Shown here in pieces: positions 1-9,118 of a stretch of 55,124 nt of DNA (positions within the stretch are counted from its first letter, which is position 1; each line of letters starts with the position of its first letter). This DNA comes from a virus (lineage: Duplodnaviria > Caudoviricetes): IMG/VR virus record IMGVR_UViG_3300031470_000001, positions 1 to 55,124 of that record. One strand, given 5' to 3'. A program made the position numbers and the translations under genes. The notes under the pieces are model-generated. The model was not told the origin of the DNA, made no database searches, and was given only the letters and a program-made list of their open reading frames with translations.

Positions 1-205
1 CCCTCCAATGCGGTGGGAGCCTCATTTTCAAGTGCTCCCCTATCAGGGATTAATTCGGCTTTTCCGCGGACAGTCTTGAATTTACCGCTTGCCGTCTTGT
101 GGATGCGCCCTCTTCTTGCAAACTGGTTTGTCTGGAGCGTTAGCTCACATGAGGAACGGTTCGTTTAGGGTCTGCTCTCATAAAGGTTCTGACCGGAGTT
201 TAGCC

Positions 206-406
206 ATGTCGCACACCGAGCACGCCGCAGCCGACCAGGCGCCCGTCAAGGTAGCCGCTGTGCGCACTTCCGACAAGAGGTCCTCGTCGTGCGTCCGATA
301 CGTGCCTCCGAACGACGACACTGACATGGTGGTGCAACACCCTGCTCCTGATGCGTCGCCATCTTTGGGAGCGGGTGGCTCTCGCACCTTTACCATCAGC
401 TGCTGA
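206..406 (+). CDS. Hypothetical protein (66 aa)
   Basis: GGAG upstream of ATG at 206; no recognisable motif. Confidence 0.25.
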   Translation: MSHTEHAAADQAPVKVAAVRTSDKRSSSCVRYVPPNDDTDMVVQHPAPDASPSLGAGGSRTFTISC

Positions 407-409
407 CGA

Positions 410-703
410 TTATTCTTCTGGGACGGCACACGGATCGAACAGCACGACAAGGGCATTGCTCCGGAACAGCCGGATCAGGATCGTCGAGGCGCGGAACTCG
501 GTCGGCGGGTCCGTCGCGTTGATCGCAGCCAGCATGCGCGCGGCATCGTCTCCGTCGAGCCGCACCGCGGTCGCTTCGGCCGGGATCTGCCGCATCACGG
601 CGGACGGGAGATCGCAGGCAGGGCCGAAGGGCTCGGCGCTGCGGGCCAGGACCGGCGTGGCGATGCAGGCAGCCGCAAGGGCCGCGAGGATGCGGGGGTT
701 CAT
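410..703 (-). CDS. Small exported hypothetical protein
   Basis: N-terminal signal peptide MNPRILAALAAACIATPVLA; last gene of the lysis-side run. Confidence 0.65.
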   Translation of the reverse strand: MNPRILAALAAACIATPVLARSAEPFGPACDLPSAVMRQIPAEATAVRLDGDDAARMLAAINATDPPTEFRASTILIRLFRSNALVVLFDPCAVPEE

Positions 704-740
704 GGGCGGGGATTCCGTGGTGGAATTGAAGGGGAAGCCC

Positions 741-1217
741 TCAGGATATGCCGAGCGCCATCAGAATCAGGGCCGCGCCCACACCGACCGCGATGACGAT
801 TCCCGTCTTGCGATAGGTCCGCAAAGGAATACGTCCGTCCTGCGATCCGGAGGCTATAAGCTGCAAGGTCAGCCCGCTGGCTATGATCCATCGAAAAAAT
901 GCGTTGACGAGGTCGCCCGTCGGGTAGACACCCAAGGCATGGTTGATGAGGTAATCCAGGAAGATCCCGGATATGCCGAAAGCCACGGTCACAACGCCGA
1001 TGACCAGGACGTCTCCCGCCCCCCACGATGATGGGCGGCGATTGAGGATGCTCCACTCGCCTTGCCAGAACATGATGCCGACGCCGAACCCGCTGGCGAT
1101 GCAGACCGAATTCAAAATCTGGAACAGCAACAGTCGCGGTAGCAAGAACCCAAGGGGAAGAAACGCTATCCAAGTGCCGATAATGATACGGGCACCGGGT
1201 CCAGTCAGTCTTCGCAT
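741..1217 (-). CDS. Multi-pass membrane protein, lysis region
   Basis: 4-5 hydrophobic segments; overlaps the end of the upstream gene. Confidence 0.75.
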   Translation of the reverse strand: MRRLTGPGARIIIGTWIAFLPLGFLLPRLLLFQILNSVCIASGFGVGIMFWQGEWSILNRRPSSWGAGDVLVIGVVTVAFGISGIFLDYLINHALGVYPTGDLVNAFFRWIIASGLTLQLIASGSQDGRIPLRTYRKTGIVIAVGVGAALILMALGIS

Positions 1218-1528
1218 TTCAGGCCTTTTCTAACCACTTCCAGCGTGGCTACGGCGTTTTCCGCAGTGGCTCGTATATTATCGGAGATCCGCTCGACCCG
1301 CACGACTTCCACCAAAACGTTGAGCATGTCGTCTACGTCCCTGGCGATATTTTGCCTGTTTTCCTGTTCGTTGAAGATGGCTTCGGCGACCTGGATGCTC
1401 CTCTTCGTCAATAGACTGTGCGCGGCATAGACAGCCGTTTCCTTATTCGACAGCTCATGAACGAGAGCATTCCGCCGATGGTCCATCGCGCCGATGCCGA
1501 TGAGGGTCAGAAGCGATTTCAAGATCAT
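1205..1528 (-). CDS. Hypothetical helical protein, lysis region
   Basis: ATGA overlap with 1525..1983. Confidence 0.7.
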   Translation of the reverse strand: MILKSLLTLIGIGAMDHRRNALVHELSNKETAVYAAHSLLTKRSIQVAEAIFNEQENRQNIARDVDDMLNVLVEVVRVERISDNIRATAENAVATLEVVRKGLKCED

Positions 1529-1983
1529 GGCTTACCGCCGGCGCGCGAGAGCACTTCACCGGTTCGCTCGTAATTGCGGTCCACCTGAGCCAGTATTCGG
1601 GCATGCTCCCCAGGCACGTTTTGCACGACGTCGAGGATCCTTTGCAGCCGATTTGCCATATCGACCGTGACGCCGGTATTGGCCGCGATCGCAGCCGAAC
1701 TCGCCGCCGCCACGGTGGCGGCCAGTTCCGTGCTCTTCGCCGCCGCGGTGGCTCTGGCATCCTGCAGGATGCGGGTAAAAGCCCGTTCCTCGATCAACTC
1801 GTCCCGCTGCACTTTGACGACATAGACCAGGAACGCCACGACGCCCGGCATCCCCACCGTCGAGATGATGTCGGCCGCAACCTTGACCCAGGACACTTCG
1901 GCCGGCAGTGCCACCACGCCATCGGCAAGGGCGGACGGCCCGAGGACAAGGATGAGGAGGAGTGTGGCGAGGCGGAGGAGCAT
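1525..1983 (-). CDS. Membrane-anchored protein with coiled-coil C-terminus, lysis region
   Basis: Signal-like N-terminus, one TM segment, helical tail; directly follows the holin. Confidence 0.7.
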   Translation of the reverse strand: MLLRLATLLLILVLGPSALADGVVALPAEVSWVKVAADIISTVGMPGVVAFLVYVVKVQRDELIEERAFTRILQDARATAAAKSTELAATVAAASSAAIAANTGVTVDMANRLQRILDVVQNVPGEHARILAQVDRNYERTGEVLSRAGGKP

Positions 1984-1987
1984 GCCG

Positions 1988-2629
1988 CTACCGCGCGCGC
2001 TTCAGTGGCGCGACGCCGCCGCTAACATGGCTGCCCGGCCCCTGGACGACCTGCGGCTGACTGGCGAGCGCCGTGAGGGCATCGGTCTTGTCGGCCGACC
2101 CCTTGCTTGATCCGAGCCAGAACTGAATCACCGTGGTCCAGGCGCCGATCATGGCACCGAGAATGAGTTGCCCGGCCGCGGTATCGCCGCCATGCCCCGT
2201 CATCACGAGAACGGCGATACCGACGAAGCCGAGCACAGCCACGACGGAGACCACGGGCGCGCCCCATTGGATCTTCGAGCCCGTCTTGACGTACTGGATT
2301 TCCGAAGCGCGGGCGTCCTGCATGTCCCGGAGCCGAGCTTCCACCTCATCTTCTGCCGTAGCGGCCAGGGCGGCATGTTGATCCTCGACAGGCTGCAGGG
2401 CGACCTTGGCGGCCGCGGGATCGGCATCGATCTTGGCGGCGGCCTGCGCCGGTGCATCGGGCGCCGAAGGGTCGACGCCGAGCGCCGCCAGGATCGCCGC
2501 CACGGCAGGGCCGGTGAACAGCGACAGCGGAAACGGCACGACGTCGGCCAGCATGGACGGCAGGAACCGCAGCCCGATGCGGGCGATGGCCTTGCCGAGC
2601 GGAATGAGGGCGGCGGGATCGAATGTCAT
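1988..2629 (-). CDS. Holin-like protein (3TM holin style)
   Basis: Next to endolysin; C-terminal TM pair followed by QFWLGSSKGSADK. Confidence 0.75.
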   Translation of the reverse strand: MTFDPAALIPLGKAIARIGLRFLPSMLADVVPFPLSLFTGPAVAAILAALGVDPSAPDAPAQAAAKIDADPAAAKVALQPVEDQHAALAATAEDEVEARLRDMQDARASEIQYVKTGSKIQWGAPVVSVVAVLGFVGIAVLVMTGHGGDTAAGQLILGAMIGAWTTVIQFWLGSSKGSADKTDALTALASQPQVVQGPGSHVSGGVAPLKRAR

Positions 2630-2630
2630 G

Positions 2631-3596
2631 TCATGCAGCCTTTCCTTGCCACACCGCCTTGAGCCGAGCCCAGAACCCCGGACGCGACACGGCCGGCACG
2701 AGATGCGGTCCCGGCACGGCGGGCGGCGTGTAGGGTGCCGGCGGGGCTTTCGGGGCGATGAAACCGGGCGGGAGAAGGCTCGGGGGCTCCGGTATCCTCC
2801 CGAGGCCGGGAGATGGTGCTGGAGACGCTGCAGCCATCACGATTTTCGCCGCATTGATCGCCGCCCTGGTCGCGTCTCCCACGATGCCGTCCACGACAAG
2901 CCCGTGAGCCAGCTGGAAGCCTTTCACGGCCGTCTCGGTGTACGGGCCGAAGTTGGCATCCACCGGGCCGCGGTAGTAGCCGAGGTCGCTCAGGGTTTCC
3001 TGCAGCCAGCGCACGTCGGTGGCGTTGGCGGGCTTGTCGATCACGGAAGGCGGAGAGACGACGGCTACGGCGCCGGTTCCCGCCGCATGCGCCATCGCGG
3101 TCGCATTCTTGCGGACATCATCGACCCGCGAGCCCCAGCCGTGGCCGAAGGTTGCCCAGGTGGAAAGCCTCTGTAGAAACGCCAGTCGTGCGTCGCACAC
3201 GGTATTGATGGTCGCGAAGGCACCCTGCTTCTGGGCGGCCGCTACAGTGGCGGGTCCCACAATGCCGTCCACGGGGACGTTGACGGCCCTCTGCAGCCAT
3301 TCGGCGGCCTTATGAGGCCCGGAGTTCACGGCCGCGTCGAAGACGCAGAAGCCCACGCCTTCGGGAAGTTCGTCGAAGTGTATCGCCGAAGCGTAGCGAT
3401 TGTGATAGACGGCTTCGACCTCAGCCGGGGCGATGTCGAACACGTCGCGCTTGCCTGCATTATTGGACGAGCACCAAGCGTCGAAGGTGGCTTGCGTCAC
3501 GCCCTGGCAAGTTCGGCCGCCGGGATCATCTTTTCTATCGACCTTTCCGCCCTCGTACTTGAGGACAAGCGCAAGGGCCTTGGCGAAATCTGGCAT
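2631..3596 (-). CDS. Endolysin: GH108 muramidase plus peptidoglycan-binding domains
   Basis: EGG...DPGGRT catalytic motif, FDAAVNSG, DGIVGPAT; PG_binding_1-like WLQETL..LGY..GPVDANFGPYTETAVKGFQ...VDGIVG. Confidence 0.93.
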   Translation of the reverse strand: MPDFAKALALVLKYEGGKVDRKDDPGGRTCQGVTQATFDAWCSSNNAGKRDVFDIAPAEVEAVYHNRYASAIHFDELPEGVGFCVFDAAVNSGPHKAAEWLQRAVNVPVDGIVGPATVAAAQKQGAFATINTVCDARLAFLQRLSTWATFGHGWGSRVDDVRKNATAMAHAAGTGAVAVVSPPSVIDKPANATDVRWLQETLSDLGYYRGPVDANFGPYTETAVKGFQLAHGLVVDGIVGDATRAAINAAKIVMAAASPAPSPGLGRIPEPPSLLPPGFIAPKAPPAPYTPPAVPGPHLVPAVSRPGFWARLKAVWQGKAA

Positions 3597-3599
3597 GGT

Positions 3600-3827
3600 T
3601 CAGAACTCCACCGTGACATCGCGAGGCCGGAAAGCGTCCAGCACTTCTTCGGGCGTCAGATCGCCTTCGGCGTGGACGTGGTGGATCGCGAGGTGAAGGT
3701 CGCCGCAGTAGGCATCGATGGCGACACGCAGCCGCTCGGGCTCCACGTCAGGCACAGCCGCGCACGCGGTCGCGAAGGCCTCGGTGTCGAGGCTGTCTTT
3801 GAGGTCGGGTGTCATGGGGGTTTCCAT
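3600..3827 (-). CDS. Hypothetical protein
   Basis: Tightly packed upstream of endolysin. Confidence 0.6.
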   Translation of the reverse strand: METPMTPDLKDSLDTEAFATACAAVPDVEPERLRVAIDAYCGDLHLAIHHVHAEGDLTPEEVLDAFRPRDVTVEF

Positions 3828-3833
3828 GTGGAA

Positions 3834-3855
3834 AGGGCGCCCCGAAAGGCGCCCT
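3834..3855 (-). terminator. Probable intrinsic terminator or hairpin
   Basis: Perfect 8-bp stem AGGGCGCC/GGCGCCCT with TTTCGG loop on minus strand; short U tract. Confidence 0.5.
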
Positions 3856-3878
3856 CACTCTTTGACGATGCGCTGGGG

Positions 3879-4118
3879 TCAGGCCGCGACGCCGATCTCA
3901 TGGCGCCACTGGGCACGATGACCCGCGGTACCGCCGTCGCCGAAGCGTGCCACGATGCCGAGCAGGGCGAGGATCCCGACGCCCGCAGCGCCGATGCTGG
4001 CCGAGATCAGGTTGGAGAAAATGCCGCCGACCATGAGCGTGATGGCGAATGCGAGGACGATGTATCTGGCGATCCCGATCTTTGGACCCGCGTCGGCCGT
4101 GCGGGATTCAAGTTGCAT
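3879..4118 (-). CDS. Small membrane protein (2 TM)
   Basis: Hydrophobic IVLAFAITLMVGG and AGVGILALLGIV; divergent from the RHH gene. Confidence 0.5.
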   Translation of the reverse strand: MQLESRTADAGPKIGIARYIVLAFAITLMVGGIFSNLISASIGAAGVGILALLGIVARFGDGGTAGHRAQWRHEIGVAA

Positions 4119-4213
4119 CAAAATGCTGAACGTGTCTAACTTACACACATTGCGGCACAGTGCAAGGCGATGGTATGGGCGCGGTTCGTTCACTCTTGGG
4201 GCAAGGCCAGAAC

Positions 4214-4399
4214 GTGACGCGCCGCGTCGAACCGGACGGCGAACTCGCTACCGAGCGAAAGCAGATCGTCGCCACAGTTCGGTGGGTGAGGTCCATTGAG
4301 GAATGGGCCAAGCGTCAGCCTGGCCGGGCTCCTACCTTCTCTGAAGCTGTCCGCGTCTTGGTCGAACAAGCACTCGCCGCTGAGAAGGACACCCCATGA
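4214..4399 (+). CDS. Ribbon-helix-helix transcriptional regulator
   Basis: IEEWAKRQPGRAPTFSEAVRVLVEQAL matches the alphaproteobacterial RHH pattern; ATGA-coupled to next gene; GTG start inferred. Confidence 0.75.
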   Translation: MTRRVEPDGELATERKQIVATVRWVRSIEEWAKRQPGRAPTFSEAVRVLVEQALAAEKDTP

Positions 4400-5226
4400 T
4401 CCGCGCCGAACCCGCCGACACCAAGCCCAAGACCCGCGGCATCCAGGACATGGCGGTGAAGCGCGCCGACCTGTTCATGATGGATCCGCGCAAGCTCGGG
4501 ATCGAGCCAGGCTGGAATTCACGCACCAACGCGTTCGACCCCGCCGACCCGGAGGATATCGAACTCGCCAGGTCCATCGCGGAAGTCGGCGTGAAGAGCG
4601 CCATCACCGTCTACATGCGGGCCGGCGTGCCGGTCATCACGGACGGTCACAGGCGACTCGCCGCGACGCTCTACGCGATGGACGTCCTCGGTGCGAAGAT
4701 CCAGTCCGTGCCCGTCCAGACCGAGGGGAAGCACGCCAACGAGGCCGACCGGGTCTTGAGCCAGATCGTCCGGAACTCGGGCAAGCCGCTCGAGCCTTTC
4801 GAGAAAGGCAACGTCTTCGCCAAGCTCATGGACCTCGGATGGAAGGAAGGCGAGATCGCCGCGAAAGTCGGTTTGACCCGCCAGCGCGTCGCCGACCTCC
4901 TCAAACTTCGGGCTGCCCCGAAACCCGTGGCCGACATGGTCAAAGCCGGCACCATCTCGGCCGGGCTCGCCATCGACACCATGCGGGCCGCCAAAGGCGA
5001 TGATGCCAAGGCCACGGAAGTGCTCGCCGAAGCCGTCACCAAGGCTCGCGCGGCCGGGAAGGACCGCGCCACGGCCAAGCACGTCGACCGTGCGCCTGTG
5101 GACCCTGCGGCGAAACTGAAAGCCCATCCCGCCTATGCGGCGGGGATGAAGCGAGCGGCGGAGATCGTGCGGAATAGTGGATGGAATGCGGCTGCGGACG
5201 CGATAGAAGCGGAGATCGTGAGATGA
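4396..5226 (+). CDS. ParB/Srx-fold protein with HTH (orphan, no ParA)
   Basis: LARSIAEVGV..AITV, VITDGHRRLAA arginine patch, HTH EIAAKVGLTRQRVADLL. Confidence 0.85.
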   Translation: MIRAEPADTKPKTRGIQDMAVKRADLFMMDPRKLGIEPGWNSRTNAFDPADPEDIELARSIAEVGVKSAITVYMRAGVPVITDGHRRLAATLYAMDVLGAKIQSVPVQTEGKHANEADRVLSQIVRNSGKPLEPFEKGNVFAKLMDLGWKEGEIAAKVGLTRQRVADLLKLRAAPKPVADMVKAGTISAGLAIDTMRAAKGDDAKATEVLAEAVTKARAAGKDRATAKHVDRAPVDPAAKLKAHPAYAAGMKRAAEIVRNSGWNAAADAIEAEIVR

Positions 5227-5762
5227 ACGAGGGAATGAACGCCTATTTCGATGATGGAGTGGATTATCCTCTCACTTCGACAAGCGGAACGCTTCTTGAT
5301 GAAATCCTTCCATTCGGCACCATGTGGTCGTATGTCAGCAGTACGTTCGCTAACGGGCTCTTGAACTGTGGAAAACTTCGCCATGCTGTGCTGCTCAATC
5401 GGTACAATGGCATGGATAACGAAGAAGAAGGATTCAGTTATGGTGGAGAAAAGTACCACACGAAGCGAGCAACCATAAATGCATGGAAATCCGATACGAA
5501 CCCATTTCACTTGGACCTAAGCAGGTTTGGAGATGACGTACTAATTGTCAATCACCTAGGGGACAATGCGTATCTCTACATTTGGCTTGATTGCGATGTG
5601 AGCGATTGCATTGTTGGCCGTTTCCGTACTGATGATAGCGCTGATAAAATCGAAGCGGCTCTTATTGCATCAGCCATAGCTGGTGCTCAGGGTTACGGGC
5701 ATTCGGAGAACACTCCCGTTATCCTAGACGTGAACCATATCCGTGGCTGGATCAGCTTTTAG
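5223..5762 (+). CDS. Hypothetical low-GC moron protein
   Basis: ATGA overlap with ParB-like gene; visibly more AT-rich than flanks. Confidence 0.7.
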   Translation: MNEGMNAYFDDGVDYPLTSTSGTLLDEILPFGTMWSYVSSTFANGLLNCGKLRHAVLLNRYNGMDNEEEGFSYGGEKYHTKRATINAWKSDTNPFHLDLSRFGDDVLIVNHLGDNAYLYIWLDCDVSDCIVGRFRTDDSADKIEAALIASAIAGAQGYGHSENTPVILDVNHIRGWISF

Positions 5763-5798
5763 CATGCCCTGCCGGGCACCAACCGGCTCCATGGACAC

Positions 5799-5999
5799 CT
5801 AATGCAGCACTGCGCCCGGCGGCTTGGTACCGAACACGTCGAGCCAAATCTCGTTGAAACAGGCGTCGCACACGACGGAGCAATCCTCGGGTGCAACGCC
5901 AGCACAGGTCCGCACCGCTTCGGTTGCGGCACGGTCCAGATCGCCCAGCCGAAGTAAACGCCGGCAGCTTGCGCAGGTGTAGGTTTCGGCTTGGAGCAT
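5799..5999 (-). CDS. Small Cys-rich (zinc-finger-like) protein
   Basis: CASC...CDAC pairs. Confidence 0.55.
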   Translation of the reverse strand: MLQAETYTCASCRRLLRLGDLDRAATEAVRTCAGVAPEDCSVVCDACFNEIWLDVFGTKPPGAVLH

Positions 6000-6009
6000 G
6001 CGGATTGCT

Positions 6010-6579
6010 TTACAGCGCAGCCGCCGCGCTCGGCGGATTGATCGTCACGCTATCGGCGATCCTCGCTGCCATGTCGGGCTCGGCGCCTGCCTGGGCGGCT
6101 GCGGCAACCGCATCGGCGTGGGCCACGTCCGAGGTCGATCCGCTCGCCACCGCATTGTCATGCGCCGTCACGGCAGCCGTGATATGGGCCGGAGCGGCCT
6201 CGGGCACATCGGCGGCCACGAGGTCGTGGACGGAGGTGGTGCCGCCGCTCGCCTGATCCGCTCCAAGCGTCACGGTGACGACTTGACCGGGGAGGATACC
6301 CGATGTCGGAGATGCGCCACTGGCGCCCGCGCCCCCGGTGATGCTGGCGACTTCGGTTCCCAGGGCAGCGACAGCCTTCGATGCCTGGGCCTCGACGCCG
6401 CCCATGATTTCCGATTTGAGATCCGACAGCATCTTGTCGACACGGCTCATGACTTCGGCCTTGAAGGCTTCCATTTCGGAAACCACTTTGGCCTCGATTT
6501 GAGCCGTGAACTTGCCGAGGTCGAGCGTGTGGCCAGCGAGCTTGTCCAAATCGTCACGGATGGTCTGGAGGAAAGACAT
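6010..6579 (-). CDS. Hypothetical protein, coiled-coil N-terminus and Ala-rich C-terminus
   Basis: Co-oriented ORF with AAGGA RBS. Confidence 0.7.
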   Translation of the reverse strand: MSFLQTIRDDLDKLAGHTLDLGKFTAQIEAKVVSEMEAFKAEVMSRVDKMLSDLKSEIMGGVEAQASKAVAALGTEVASITGGAGASGASPTSGILPGQVVTVTLGADQASGGTTSVHDLVAADVPEAAPAHITAAVTAHDNAVASGSTSDVAHADAVAAAAQAGAEPDMAARIADSVTINPPSAAAAL

Positions 6580-6681
6580 GGGGATTGATCCTTGGTGGTG
6601 ATCCGGCGTGCGAAAGCCCCGTCAGGGCCGGGTACCGGACGGGGTGAAGGGGAGATCGCGGCAGAGCTTCGAAAGCCTGGA

Positions 6682-8409
6682 TCAGCGAGTGGTCCAGCTG
6701 ACTCCGTCGCAATAAACGGGGGTGCGCACCGTACCGCCGCCCGTCAGGGCGCCGCGATAGGTCGGCGCTGTCGCGTCGGTAGCGACTGCCATCGTATCCT
6801 GATAAGTCGCGCTGCAGGCCGGAAGTGTCGCCGTCGTAAAGGCCGGAAGCTGCAAAGGTTTAAGTGCCTTGGCCAACACACTCGTGCCGGAAAAGAAATA
6901 ATTCCCTCCCGAAATGAAGCTCATTGTTCCGGCGGCGGAAAAGTCAAACCCCACATTGCCGCCTAGGGAAACCTGCGCGTTCGTCGCGCCTGATTTACCA
7001 CCGGTCAATGTAATGGGGGTGTCGGCTCCGGCGAGTGTACCCGCCTGGAACTGCGTGCCGCCATTTGCGGTTGCCGCAGGAGCCAGTGTCGCACCAGTCC
7101 CCGTCGACGTGAAACCTGCCACCGACGCACCGCTACCCCACTGGATACTCTGACCGGCCGCGAGTGCGAGACAAGCATTGGTGATCGTGGCTGGGGTACA
7201 TTGGATGCCGTTCTGCCAGTAACCACTCATCGTGAGTGGTGACACAGGCGCATTCGCCAAGGTCGATCCGCCGGCGAGATAGGCGAAATACCCGAGAGGC
7301 GTGATGCTGTTCGGTTCCGCCAGGATGCCGTTGTGGAATTTCGGAAAGACACCCGCGGCATTCGCCACGCCCTCGTTGGCGAATAGAAGGCCGAAGAGTG
7401 CGTTGGTGCCGGTGTTGCCCGCAAACCCGCCGCCGCTCGGTACCATCTGGAAAATGCCGGCCCACGTCTGGAGCGCCCCGCGCGTCGCGGCCCAGCCGCG
7501 ATCCGGGCCACGATTGACGATGTTGAGTTCGCTGTTGAAGATGCCCCATTTCGTCGTCGTGTCGGAGCTGGCGGTCGGAGGGGTGACGGCCACGTTCCAG
7601 TTGCCGAAGCCCTGCTGTCCACCAGTCAGGGCCTCCCACTGCGCGATGCTCTGGTCGCCGATGTCGCCGCCGCCCCCCGTCCCGGCACCGGTAGAATGGT
7701 AATAGAGACGTCGCCCCGTGGCGGAGTTCGCCCCTGTGTTGGCGATTACGGTGTACGGCCCGATTTGCCCGCCAGCGGTACTCTGTATCTCCGACGCGTA
7801 GGGGCCGTTAGCCGTGGAATTATGGTCGAAGCGGCTGACGTAGACGACGCCGGGGCCGCTGAACGTCGCGCCGGGGTCGGCCACCACCGTGACGGCACGG
7901 CCTGCGCTTTCGGTGAAGCTGGCGCTCAGAAAATAGTTCCGGCCGCCGCCCGGTGTATAGATCCGCACCGGAGTGTTGATCGGCACTGACGCGGCGGCGC
8001 GTTGAAATGCAGCGAGATCGTCGGTCGAGCCGTCGCCTTTTGCCCCAAAGTCGAGGACATCGACGGTATCGGCGGCGCGGTCCGCCGCCGTCCGCAGTGC
8101 GGTGCCTCCCGTAGCCGTGACCGGCGCCGCCGCGGCCTGAGCCAGCGTGACGCCGCCGATGTTGGCGAGGGTAGCCGATGGACTGGCGAAGTCCGACCCG
8201 TTGTTGGCCTTCTGCGCTGCGCCGATGATGCGGGAATCGTTACCGGCCGCAAGAGTCGTCGCCGTTGTTCCCGAGCCCGTGAACGTGGCCCCGCCAAGCG
8301 TAAGCGTGCTATTCAGCGTCAAGTTCTGGAACGTCGGCGAGGGCGCCGTTTGAGCCGACGCAGTGGCGACCGACAGCAGGCTCGCAAAGAGGGCTATAAT
8401 CAAGCGCAT
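6682..8409 (-). CDS. Tailspike/fibre-like protein with pectate-lyase-3-type beta-helix start and an N-terminal signal peptide
   Basis: VDVLDFGAKGDGSTDDLAAFQRA motif; start at MRLIIALF; located in the fibre region. Confidence 0.8.
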   Translation of the reverse strand: MRLIIALFASLLSVATASAQTAPSPTFQNLTLNSTLTLGGATFTGSGTTATTLAAGNDSRIIGAAQKANNGSDFASPSATLANIGGVTLAQAAAAPVTATGGTALRTAADRAADTVDVLDFGAKGDGSTDDLAAFQRAAASVPINTPVRIYTPGGGRNYFLSASFTESAGRAVTVVADPGATFSGPGVVYVSRFDHNSTANGPYASEIQSTAGGQIGPYTVIANTGANSATGRRLYYHSTGAGTGGGGDIGDQSIAQWEALTGGQQGFGNWNVAVTPPTASSDTTTKWGIFNSELNIVNRGPDRGWAATRGALQTWAGIFQMVPSGGGFAGNTGTNALFGLLFANEGVANAAGVFPKFHNGILAEPNSITPLGYFAYLAGGSTLANAPVSPLTMSGYWQNGIQCTPATITNACLALAAGQSIQWGSGASVAGFTSTGTGATLAPAATANGGTQFQAGTLAGADTPITLTGGKSGATNAQVSLGGNVGFDFSAAGTMSFISGGNYFFSGTSVLAKALKPLQLPAFTTATLPACSATYQDTMAVATDATAPTYRGALTGGGTVRTPVYCDGVSWTTR

Positions 8410-8422
8410 AAAGAACAACCGA

Positions 8423-8722
8423 TCAAGAGATGGAGATGACGCCGCCGTTGTTCCACAGCAGGCCAGACGTTGCGGGTACTGACGTCGGCAGCGTTCCGGG
8501 CGCCAAGTCGGACAGCGCAAGGGTTATGGTCGCACCCATCTTGCCGTTTACCGTCGTGGGGGTTCCCTGCGGTCCGACAATACCCGGCAGTCCCGGAGGC
8601 CCCGGAGGCCCCGGCGTCGTCGAGGCCGCGCCTGTCGCGCCCTGGGGGCCAGCAGGCAACGCCGTCCCGGGAGCGACACCGGGTGCTGATGGGCGCGTGA
8701 CCGTGAGGGGGCCGGTGATCAT
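8423..8722 (-). CDS. Short collagen-like (Gly-X-Y) virion protein
   Basis: GPQGATGAA..PGPPGPPGLPGIVGPQG; C-terminal LWNNGGVISIS. Confidence 0.75.
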   Translation of the reverse strand: MITGPLTVTRPSAPGVAPGTALPAGPQGATGAASTTPGPPGPPGLPGIVGPQGTPTTVNGKMGATITLALSDLAPGTLPTSVPATSGLLWNNGGVISIS

Positions 8723-9114
8723 CGGACAATGCCTTGCACGACAATGACGGCACCGGTCGCGATCGTGCGCGTTTGACCATCGCCTTGGGCCTGGACCTCG
8801 AAGACGTAGGGGCCCGGCACGACGCTTCCCATCGTGGCGCGCGCGATCCGGAGCGACAGGACATTGCCGCCGACGCCCCCGGTCACGATGGCACCATTAA
8901 CCGAAAGGCCCGCCACGGTCGCGGCCGTGGATGCGATCACGGGCGGGGTGACGCTGCCAAGCGTGGACCGGATCATCATGTTGAGCGTGAGCCCTGCGAA
9001 TGTGAGCGGACTGCCGCTCGGGTCGAGGTAGGACCACGAGTCGAGCCAGTCCTCGTTGGTGGCGACCGTCATCGTAAACGACAGTAGCGGCAGGTTGAGG
9101 ATCTGGGTCGCCAA
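8719..9114 (-). CDS. Tail fibre-associated/adaptor protein
   Basis: Beta-rich, GPYVFEVQ motif; ATGA-coupled within the fibre cluster. Confidence 0.65.
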   Translation of the reverse strand: MATQILNLPLLSFTMTVATNEDWLDSWSYLDPSGSPLTFAGLTLNMMIRSTLGSVTPPVIASTAATVAGLSVNGAIVTGGVGGNVLSLRIARATMGSVVPGPYVFEVQAQGDGQTRTIATGAVIVVQGIVR

Positions 9115-9118
9115 CGGC

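Noticed and set aside
1-200. Gene fragment or att site at the left edge
   Set aside because: An open minus-strand frame runs off the edge but has no clear start or motif
410-703. o-spanin lipoprotein (AAAC)
   Set aside because: Poor lipobox; the hydrophobic stretch continues to a better SPase I site (VLA|R)
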